This document shows, one piece after another, positions 53,401 to 64,000 of a DNA stretch of 64,000 nt. Source of the DNA: Mytilus californianus (Eukaryota); the NCBI RefSeq assembly GCF_021869535.1, contig NW_026262668.1:10726001-10790000 (forward strand), written 5' to 3'. The position numbers and the translations under genes were made by a program. The notes beneath the pieces were generated by a model. The model ran no database searches and was not told the DNA's origin. It saw nothing but the letters and a program-made list of their open reading frames with translations. Each line of letters begins with the position of its first letter. Within the stretch, counting starts at the first letter, position 1.

Positions 53401-56054
53401 GAACTCCATTGTTTATTGCAAGTGTCGTAGATAGAAGATCAAGCGGTATATGCGGCAACAAGGACATAGTGAGACTTTTACTTGACCACTATGCAGATGT
53501 ATCGATATGTGATCAGAATAATTGTTTTATACCTGATGTTGCTAGGATACATGGCTATGCAGACATTATTGATATTTTTGTCAAATATCAATTTAAAAGT
53601 AAAAACTCGAAAAATGGAGAATCTGATATCAAAATATTTAATGCTAGTAAAGAAGGCCATATTGAGGTTATTCACAATTTTATTGGAAAAGAATACAGCT
53701 TAAATATACGTAATAAGTATGGTCAGACCCCTTTACATGTTGCTTGTATACACCGGCGCTATAATATTATTGAATTATTGTTAAATAATAACTGTGATAT
53801 CAATGCAGTTGACAATAACAGTAGAAGTGCACTTTTTCTTGCTTGCGAAATCGGTGATGAAGAGATTGTTTTGCAGTTAGGTAATAACTACGCAGATGTT
53901 AATATCAGCAATTACGTCAGCCAGTCTCCTATCCATATTGCATGTGAGTTTGGATATACAAATATAGTCAAAACGTTATCAAGGACTTGTTTTATCAATT
54001 TAACTGACAGTAACAATTGCACGCCATTATACCTTGCTTCTAAGTATGGACGTTATGATATTGTCCAGTTGTTAATTAGTAAAAATGCTGATATTAATTA
54101 CACTGACAACGATAACAAAACCCCACTATTTGTTGCCTGTGAGGCTTCTCATATTGACATTATAAAGTTATTGGTTGATAATGAAGTCGATATTAATCTT
54201 GGCAACAACCACAATGAGACACCTTTGCATATTGCCTGTAAGCAAGGAGACGGAAATATCGCGCAGTTGCTTATTGCTCATGGTGCTGACGTTGATTTTA
54301 TTGACAATGAAGGACAGACACCTCTTCATCTAGCATTAAATGTCAATATAGTTGAAACCTTAATTAGGAACAATTGCAATACTAATATAACTGATATTGG
54401 TAATAGAACTCCGTTGTTTGTTTACTGCAAGCAAGGAAAATTTGATGACATTTTTGTTTTAATCGATAATGATGCAGACATCAACATATGCGATAACGAT
54501 GGGCAAACACCACTCCATGCAGCATGTAATAGTAATGCTGACGCCCAAAATATTGTTAAAATGTTAATCAATAAAAACTGTGCTTTGAACACAACTGACA
54601 ATAAAAATAGAACCCCATTGCTGATTGCTTGCGAAAATGGCAAATATGACATAGTTCAGATTTTAATTGACAATAAAGCTGATATCAATAAATCGAACAA
54701 GGAAAAAGAAAGTCCTTTATTTGTTGCCAGTGCGAATGGCCAAACAAACATTGCAAATATATTAATTGAAAATAGTGCTAATATTGATGACGTTAACAGT
54801 AAAGGGCAAACTCCTTTATTTATTGCATGTCAAAGGGGAAATTATAACATAGTGAAACTTTTAATTAATAATAATGCTGATGTAAATTTATGCAGTAATA
54901 CTAGCGACGCCATAATTACTACTGCATGTAAACAAAGTCGTCTTGAAAGCTTGAGCGACGACAGTTATTTACTCATAGTTAAAATCTTACTCGATTGTAA
55001 TTGCCGTATTAATCAAGCGGACAACGAAAATAAAACGCCGTTGTTTTACGCCTCAGGTCTAAGGAACGACAAACTTGTTCAGCTTTTAATTGATAATGAG
55101 GCAGATGTTCAGATTCGAAGTGATGATGGAGAAAGTCCGCTTCATGTCGCCTGTTATTGTGGACTTTCAGAGAATGTTAAAATATTGTTGCAGACAAACT
55201 GTGATATTAATCTGACGGACAATAGAAATAGAACGCCGCTTTATATGGCTTGTGGTAAAGGACATGATGATATTGTTCAAATTTTGATGGATAATAATGC
55301 TGACATGAACTTATATGATGACACAGGTCAGACCGGACTGCATGCGGCATGTAAAAGGGAATATCAGGAAACACTTCCCCATACAATTGTAAATTCTCGG
55401 TTCTTCAATATAGTTAAACTATTACTAGAAAATAAATGTCCAGTTAATCAGCTCGACAAAGACAATAATACTTCATTATTGTATGCATGTTCAATTGAGA
55501 ATGAGGACGTGGTACAACTATTGATTGACAACAAGGCTGATATAAATGTTGTCAATAATGATGGACAAAGTCCTCTTCATATAGCTAGTTATTCAGGACG
55601 TTTGAACAATGCAAAATTATTAGTGAGGTCTAACTGTGAAATTAACCAAGCCGACGGGGAGACTAAAACTCCATTGTATATAGCATGTGAACAAAGTCAA
55701 TCTTGGAAACATAACTATCATGAAATCGTGCAACTTCTTGTTGATAATAATGCGGATGTGAATATATGTGGATCAGATGATGCAAGTCCACTTCATATCG
55801 CTGCCTTATCGGGAAGTTTTATAACTGTACAAGTTATGTTAAGAACAAACGTAAACATTGATCACATCAACAACGAAAAAAAAACAGCATTACATGTTGC
55901 CTGTGAGAAAGGCCATTATGACATCGTTAAACTCTTACTCAATAATAAAGCAGACGTAAATATAAAAGATAAAGCTAATCAGACAGCACTGGATTTGGCC
56001 TGTAAATTAGGTCATAAAACAATTATGAACCTGATTGAAAGTAGAACAGATTAG
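47481..56054 (+). CDS. HEPN (DZIP3-like) - coiled coil - STAND NTPase (nSTAND3-like) - ~34 ankyrin repeats; ~1800 aa NLR-like protein
   Basis: Exons 47481-47694, 48249-48466, 49203-49413, 51295-56054 total 5403 nt in frame, all GT-AG. HEPN FDSTLMICLIRNL...RNKIAH (48389-48406); Walker A GNSGMGKS (51411-51434); Walker B IFIIDD; ILATCR; FPLLC; LHD; then TPLH/F.AC repeats to the stop. Confidence 0.88.
51295..56054 (+). CDS. Single 4.76 kb terminal exon encoding the NTPase and the whole ankyrin array
   Basis: Uninterrupted 1585-codon ORF; acceptor ttgcag|at at 51293-51294. Confidence 0.92.
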
Positions 56055-58001
56055 TACGAAAAAAAGCAAATGTCAAACTTTTGATTTCGTATGTGTGAAG
56101 TTTTAGTTTACACGATCCTGACATTTCATGTAAAGGTGTATACTGATAAACCATTGTCAAGAATCAGTTGGTCTGTATTGTGCATGCGTAAGAAACCAGA
56201 GGTTTTATGACTGCAATCGGTATATATAATAGTAACGTGGACTTTTTTTTAATTGACGATTTAAACCGTTTTAATATAAAAGTTGACTTTTACATTGTTA
56301 TATTTGTGATCTTCAATATTTCAGAATATGTAAAAAACAAACCATTCAAGGCCGGGATAAATTTCTCTGAAGATCAATATACAAAACATTTTTATCCGAA
56401 ATAATACACAAAACGAAAATCAATTTACATTACAAGTATCGCGACTTTTCTACTGAAGGGTTCTAGTCGACAAGAAGACGAACTGAAAAAGACTAATGTT
56501 CAAAAAGACTTTAACGTTAGAAAAGACTTTAACGTTCGAATATTATCATTGTTTGTAGCAATAACAATTTTAGCTTACCAGCATACCCCGGAGTCACGGA
56601 GAAGATATCAATGTTTGTAAATTGTATTTGATATTGTATTCAATATATAGTTGTCTTCCGGAAATACACGTGCGTTTTGTGTCGCAAAATGAAAGAGTTC
56701 TTGCTGCTGTAAACATTTTCTAATAAATATAGAGATGTTTTGTTATTTACTTTTTCAACAGTTTATGAAAGCTAAGGATGAAGATTGAAATAGAAATTGT
56801 CGTGCAGTAAAATCATTTAATTCTGAATCAAATGTCAGAATTTTATTATAAGTATTTTACTTATCAATACCATTGCATTGTATACCAATGTTGCCACACT
56901 AAATAAAGGCGACAGTAGTATACCGCTGTTCAAAAGTCATAAATCGATTAAGCGAAAACAAACCGGGTTACAAACTAAAACCAAGGAAAACAAATCAACT
57001 ATAAGAGGAAAATAACGGAACAACAGAAACACTGAACTGCAACAAAAACAAACGCCAACATGCATAGAAACGGACTATTTGATAACAACTGCCATATTCG
57101 TGACTTGGTAAGGACATTTTAAGAAAAAATGGTGGGTTGAACCTGGTTTTATGGCTCCCGCTTATATGGCATTGTTAAAAATACCGCTAAAATGACAACA
57201 CTGCGTGACAGGAATACAGTACAAACAAACGCAAGGACACTCAGCACAGAGAAATACACAAAAACATAATATAATGTACATTACAACACGTAAACCGCAG
57301 AATAACAACGGACACCTCCAATGAATTTACGACAGCACACCAGGACACCACAAACGAAGTATAAACTGCGCGTCACATGAATGGATCAACGCTACAAAAT
57401 GTGAAGTATTTTTTGTGACGTTTATATTAACACACGTAAATTTCTAAAAATAAAATAGATTTGTTTTATTTATAGACACGTACAAGAATATAAATTGGAA
57501 TTGAGTTTGTAATGGTGTTATATTATGTATTTTCTAACCATGACAAGAATATCAAAATGGAATTGTGTTTGGAATGGTGTTATTATTTGTATTTTCCTAC
57601 CATGTCGGTTTTTCTTTTAAATTAAAACTGTGTATAAACAAAACATTCCTGTGCATAAAGTTGCTTTAAACATAAAATGACATAAATGAATATGCTGATC
57701 TTTTATCATCACTTTTACATACATATAGAAATTAAAAGTAAAATAACTGTAATATAAGGCAAGATCATGTAAGACCAAACAGTAAACACTGTAGACGAAC
57801 CACGAGTAACTCGACTATACGGACAAATAAGACATATGCGAAACACAGATATAAAATGCTTGTTGAATTTGTACAAACTTTGCTTTCTGCGAATGTTGAA
57901 ATATTAATTCATTTTGAGCTTAGTTCAATTTTGTAAAAATAAGCTTAACATCGAATATATATTATTATCTTGTAAGACAATAATTTGGCCTCATTGTTTT
58001 C

Positions 58002-58390
58002 CCAGCAAACACAAAAATATTTTAAAATGTTATAAAAATGTTATGTCAAATGTCATGAAAATATCACAATAAAATGTCTAAAAAACATTAAAGTGTATGG
58101 TTAAAATATCGCAAAAACATTTTCAAATATATTTCCTAAAATATTGGCTTAATATCATTAAAATATTGTCAAGAAATATCATGATAAAGTGAAAATCAAT
58201 GGTGTATAAAACATTTTGATAATCTTTTCACAAATATTTTCTAATAATATTTTCAAAACTTTTGAAAAACATTATGAACATCAAATAATGTCATAAAATG
58301 TTTTGGGGATATTTTCTTTCAAATGCCTTCAAAATGCCTTCAAAATGTTTTTAGAAGATGTTTTTGATTGATATCTATTATATTCAAATA
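58002..58390 (+). repeat. AT-rich element starting CCCAGCAAACACAAAA with aaaatgttt/aaaacattt subrepeats; similar texture at ~62790-63330
   Basis: Terminal motif plus dense short inverted subrepeats; the second end was not confidently identified. Confidence 0.4.
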
Positions 58391-61300
58391 AAGGTTTCTG
58401 TACTTTAAATTGAGTTTCCAGATTTTTAATATTACAAATCATAAATAAAGGCAACAGTAGTATACCGCTGTTCGAAACTCATAAATCGATGGAGATAAAA
58501 ACAAATCCGGGATACAAACTAAAACTGAGGGAAACGCATCAAATATAAGAGGAGAACAACGACACAACAAAAACACAACATTAAAATGTAACACACACAG
58601 ACACGAACTATAATATAACAATGGCCATTTTCCTGACTTGGTACAAGACATTTTAAGAAAAAAATGGTGGGTTGAACCTGGTTTTGTGGCATGCCAAACC
58701 TCCCGCTTTTATGGCAACGTCAAACACAACACCAAAACGACAACTTCACATGACAGGACCACAATACAAATAAATGGGAGAACATATAGGACAAAGAAAC
58801 ACACGAATAATAGCTTGCAGAAGGTACTAGGCTTAAAATTCAATACGCCAGACGTGCGTCTCGTCCACACAAGACCAACCAGTGACGCTCAGATAAAAAA
58901 AGTTTGAAAGCCAAAACAAGTACAAACTGAAGAGCACCGAGGACCAAAACTTCCAAAAAGTTGCGCCTAACACGGCCAGGATTTTCTGCCTGGGACAAGA
59001 ACATAAGTGATTCATTCTGTATACAAACAAGAATACATCAGTTGTTTTGCCAAGCATGTGACAATTCATAATTTAAAGTATCGGAAAACAGGAAATATAT
59101 ACACATGTTGACACATCCAAAATTGCACACAACTCATCATGGTTAAGACGCTAACCAAATATGAAGTCATTTTGTTCAGCAGCATTACCAATAGAAGTCA
59201 TGAAAAATTTGTGTTCTTTGACATATTGAAATATCAGCAAACAGGAAACAGGTATATGACATATAAAAAGTGCTCACACATTAAAGTTCATCACTATCAA
59301 GCAGCTCTATCAACATGAACTCATCCTGTTGAGTATTTTTTTGGAACAGGGCAATGAAAATATTTGTTTGACAAAGACAGATGGACAGATAGACATTGCA
59401 ATAAAACCCACATTCCTACAGGGAGGGTATGAAGGTTAGTTTTCATTATCATGAAGGGATTTTTTAAATCCTGCTACATATATACATGTTATTGTCTTTT
59501 CTAATCGTTAAATGCCGTAGGGTGACATATTTAACTTGTCATTTGTAACATAGGGCATAAGATACAGTAAGAGGGGCAAGTAATAACTTATCCAAGTAAA
59601 GTTTTACGCATTGTTTTTGTGATGTTGCTATTAATATAATTAAAATTCCCGACAGATGTCATCAAATCAGTTGTATTTGTATTTTCAAAGGAAAACAAAG
59701 ATGTTGTTTATGAAAGCACATAAAATCTACTGTAGGACTAAAAGCTCGATTTAAATAAACAACTTGTTTCTATTTTGTCACCAAAAATAATTTATTTAAG
59801 AGAACTTTTCTGTATCGTATGCCCTTAATCATTAAGTTAATGTATTGTTTATTCTAAAATTTGAATTGAATATAAAATTTCAGTAATACTGTATGAAAAG
59901 CTTATTTCATTTAACATGTTTCCTCCTGGTTGGTTAGGGGCATTCATAAGTACAAATGTACCTGTGCCACTTCCAAATTTTAAACCTGCATACTGAACTA
60001 GTATTTTGTGTCTTTACTAATAGATCCTGTTAAAAATAAAAATATAATTACATTTTGTGTTTGGATATAATTCTAAGCAAACAGTTTATATTAACTCAAG
60101 TCTATTTTTTCAACAAAATTATTTTTTTTTTATTATTGAAAACGATTTTTTTTTTAATCAAACATTTAGAACAATTTAATCTTAATTTATTGACTTGTTA
60201 ATAAATCCTTAAATATGTACATCGATTTTACTAAATTTTTTTTTTCAAATAATGCACATGAAGCTGGCATGTCAGTAACTGCTAGCAGTCCTTTGTTAAT
60301 TTATGTGTCATTGTCATTTTGCTTAGTTTCTTCTGTTACCTATTCTGACATCGGACTCTGACTTCTTTTAAACTGAGTTTTACTGTGCATATTGCTGTGC
60401 GTTTATTTATTCTTCATTGGCTAGAGGTATAGGGGAATGGTTGAGATCTCACAAAACATGTTTAACCCTGCCACATTTTTGAGCCTGTTCCAAGTCAGGA
60501 TCCTCTGTCTGGCCTTTGTTAGTCTTGTATGTTTTTTTTTAATTTTAGTTCATTCATATGTTTCGGAGTTTAGTGTGACGTCCATTTTAACTGAACTAGT
60601 ACACATTTTTGTTTAGGGGCCAGCTGAAACCCGCCTCCGGGTGCGGTTTGATGGCCTTGGCCTGTTTTCTGCTCTTTGGTCGGGTTGTTGTCTCTTTGAC
60701 ACATTCCCCATTTCCATTCTCAATTTTTCAGTTAAACAATTTTCTTTTAATCTATTTTGTTCTTATTTTTTTAATTTAAATATTACATTAATTCCAATGA
60801 ATTACCATGATTTCTCAATGAAATGGAAACCGATTATTTTACATGTGAAATAAATCTGGTAATTTCACACCTCTGACCTCATACAACTATGGGTATTGTT
60901 ATCCAAAACAATTGAGAATATATTTTCTACTTTATTCCAATAAAAAGTCCATGGTCAATGTAATAAAAAGAATAAATAGTCCAAGAATTTAAATATCAAA
61001 ACATATTCAACTCGTATCCAAATAACACTGATATTAAATTAACTCATGTGCTACCTGCATTCGTGAATTGATGTGTTGTACGGTCACTTAGATTATTGAC
61101 CATTTTTCGAGATTTTCATTCTTGGATTAGTTATTCTACAATTATTTTTTTTTTAATTTCTGCCCGGGAAGCAACACAAGATGGGTTGTGCCATGATCAT
61201 GATGATAAAAAATTGCTTTAATTTCCAACTTAACCAAAAGGCTGTTCTATGTCTATAGGAAAACTTCAATATGAAATTGGACTGAAATAACTCACACTTA

Positions 61301-61964
61301 ACAGAATATTGCTCAAACTGAATGGCTCAAGATTTATAAGGCCAAAGCATCTCGAAAACAACTTCACACTGAATTTTAAGTTTTCCGATGACTTTGTTGT
61401 GTAAAGAAAACACAAAACAGTTAAATTCATCTGATGCTTTGTGTTAATGTTACTTGTTTTTGTGCCATAGACCGATCTATTGAGTCAGGCCTTTTTCAAC
61501 TGATTTTTACCGTTTCTTATGTTGTGCTGTTACTGTTCAACCACTGTCCTGGAGCGGGTAGAGAGCTCAAAAACATGTTGAAAACTGCCACATTCTTTAT
61601 GTGCCTGTCCAAAGTCAGGAGCCAGTAGTTAAGTGGTTGTCGTAGGTTCATGTCTGTCATATATGTTTTTTTCACATTAAATGTGTATTGTTATAAAAAA
61701 TTTAAGTCATTAGCTTTCTTGTTTAACAATTTGTATGTCGAGACCTGTATAGCGGACTATTTAGTATGGGTTTTCTCATTGTTGAAGGACGAACAGTGAA
61801 ATATAATCGCTTATATCCACTTCATTTGAACTCTGGTAGATAACCCGAATAACCCAATTCGTTATTTTTCACTCACTTCGATCACTACAATGACCGTAAG
61901 GGGGCGCTGTAATTATTCAAGTTATCTGGTGGATAGCTGTCTCATTCGCAATCATACACAATCC

Positions 61965-62074
61965 CACAGGCACTTGTTTCTATCCATGTGAAGATCTACT
62001 ATCAACGTATATTTAGAAGCTCCTAAATAAACGTTGATAGTGAATCTTCACATGGATAGAAACAAGTGCCTGTG
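61965..62074. mobile_element. 110-bp almost fully palindromic MITE with 8-bp TSD
   Basis: cacaggcacttgtttctatccatgtgaagat...atcttcacatggatagaaacaagtgcctgtg; cacaatcc at 61957-61964 and 62075-62082. Confidence 0.85.
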
Positions 62075-63335
62075 CACAATCCACATCTCCCTATTTTTAC
62101 AACAATCTGAATCGTCTCGACACATTGATGTATGTAGATATTAGAATAGAGGCAGATTTAGTGGGCCCAGGGGTCCGGGGCCCCCTTATGGAGCTTCAAA
62201 ATATGAAAAATGCATAGAGTTTTTTCAAGTATCACTCTACATTGTAACTCTGGTTTGATAGTGCCCCCTTTTTGCAAAATCCTAGATCGTGCACCTGTAG
62301 AAGCTGGTGGTTCCGATTTTGATTGAAAAACCCCCCAAAAAATATACAAGTTTCATCTAAGGAGTTTTTTCATTCTTACCAAGTGATCAACAAATAAATT
62401 TCTTCGTACTCTTTGTTGATTCTCTATGTCTTTTGTTTCAAATTTTAAATTTCAACTTGTATTTCCGCATACTGGTTCCTGATATCCACATTACATCTTT
62501 TGGTCAAAATCAAAAACAGTCGACTTCGAATTCCGCACCAATTCCGGAAAGGAAAAGGTTTCCGAACGCATAACGATACAAATGGAAAGAAAGAGGGCAG
62601 TTTAATATATTTCATTGACAGTTTTCAATTCTAAATTTCTAGAATACACACGAACAAATTAAGTAAATATTAAAGAAAAGCAATTGCTTATTAAAACATT
62701 CTCGCTTAAATGAAAGTTGACTCTTTTGAATTTTAATATTTGATGAAATAAGATCTGACTGAATGAATAAACTTAAGTATTGATAACATTTACAATGTTT
62801 TAATATATAAACAAAAACAGCAACAAGCTAATTCCTTAAAACATTGTCTGTGGGATTTTGAACAAAGTTTAATCAAAATGTGAATTTTATATCTGAAAAA
62901 TGTTAAAATTAAATACCAGTAGGAATATTTATCAAAGTGTATGTAAAAATATTTTATAGGAAACATTGAGCCCATATTTTTCATATGTTAAATGTAAAAC
63001 GTTTAAAATTTACGTTATAAAACCTTTATGCAAATATCAAAACTATATTTTCAGCAAAATATTTTTAGCAGAATGTTTTTGGAATATCTGGAAATTATTT
63101 ACTTTAAATGTTTTAACAATATATAATACGTGGTGAAGAAAATATTATTTTTAAACAATATTTTAGAACATGAATAAAAGATATTAACAAACAATATTAC
63201 TTTGATGTTGTAAAAACATTTTACTTAAATGTTAGAATTGAAACATTTCAACAACAACAAAATAAACATTTTTGTGATATTTAAATGATATTTTATTGCA
63301 ATGTTTTCTGAAAGACGTCCATTTGACATTTAAAA

Positions 63336-63550
63336 AATGAAGGACAAACACCTCTTTATCTAGCATTTAATGTCAATATAGTTGAAACCTTAATTAGGAA
63401 CAATTGCAATACTAATATAACTGATATGGTAATAAAACTCCGTTGTTTGTTTACCGCAAGCAAGGAAAATTTGATGATATTTTTCTTCTGCTCGATAATG
63501 ATGCCGACATCAATATATGTGATTACGATGGACAAACACCACTCCATGCT
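63336..63550 (+). pseudogene. Orphan ~215-bp copy of ankyrin repeats 18-20 of the STAND gene (source 54306-54520)
   Basis: aatgaaggacaaacacctct...gttgaaaccttaattaggaacaattgcaatactaatataactgata...gcaagcaaggaaaatttgatga...acaccactccatgc; ~90% identical by eye, with a 1-bp deletion (gatat-ggt). Confidence 0.85.
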
Positions 63551-64000
63551 GTAAGTATTAGTAGTGTTAATGTCCAAGTCTTAATCAAAGGATTAAATTT
63601 TTCAATTACATGTATTAGAATTCTTGCATAAACGTAGAAAAAGACCTACTAATATAACAAACGAAATAAGAGATATCAACAAAAGCAGTTTAGAATATGA
63701 ACGAAAGATTTACACTCTAAAACATTGTATTATCCAAATTTAAAACATATTACCGTCGAAATCAAAAATAGAACACACAAAACTGTTACCCAAATTTATT
63801 TGCATTTTCATAACAGAATTTTGTGATAAGATGAAAAAAATACAAGGTGTTATTTGCCAGAACCAGGCACACTGTATAGGAGAGATAGCAATCAAACTAC
63901 GAGTTATCGGTCTTTAGAATTCATCGGTACGATTGCAAATTGGTTACCTAAACTGGGCTGATTCTTAGCAATGCTCTGATAATTCTATTTGAGTTCAACA

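Noticed and set aside
53478-54652. Short ORFs overlapping the ankyrin exon
   Set aside because: Alternate-frame or antisense shadows of the main CDS.

Overview
AT-rich eukaryotic (intron-containing) DNA; the repeat families suggest a bivalve mollusc, probably Mytilus-like (inference). Four host genes can be built by hand with canonical GT-AG junctions and in-frame exon sums. (1-2) Two tandem paralogous small heat-shock genes, each 240 aa with TWO alpha-crystallin domains (3590-5363 and 12774-15065, +), inside an old ~9 kb tandem duplication that also carries 27-bp minisatellite arrays. (3) An 8-exon, 376-aa fold-type-III PLP enzyme of the D-serine dehydratase (Dsd1)/D-threonine aldolase family (32871-25824, -). 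(4) A 4-exon, ~1800-aa protein built as HEPN (RNKIAH motif) - coiled coil - STAND-class NTPase - about 34 ankyrin repeats (47481-56054, +), an NLR/Avs-like receptor with a putative RNase effector; this is the best candidate for a poorly described system. The rest is mobile DNA: a MULE with TSD and a 2.4 kb fold-back at the window start, an intron-containing Crypton-type tyrosine-recombinase pseudogene between ~2.4 kb inverted arms that include dead LINE copies, Penelope-like RT fragments with hammerhead ribozymes (one looks intact), tRNA-derived SINEs, several MITEs and satellites. All alignments were done by eye; no database search was run.
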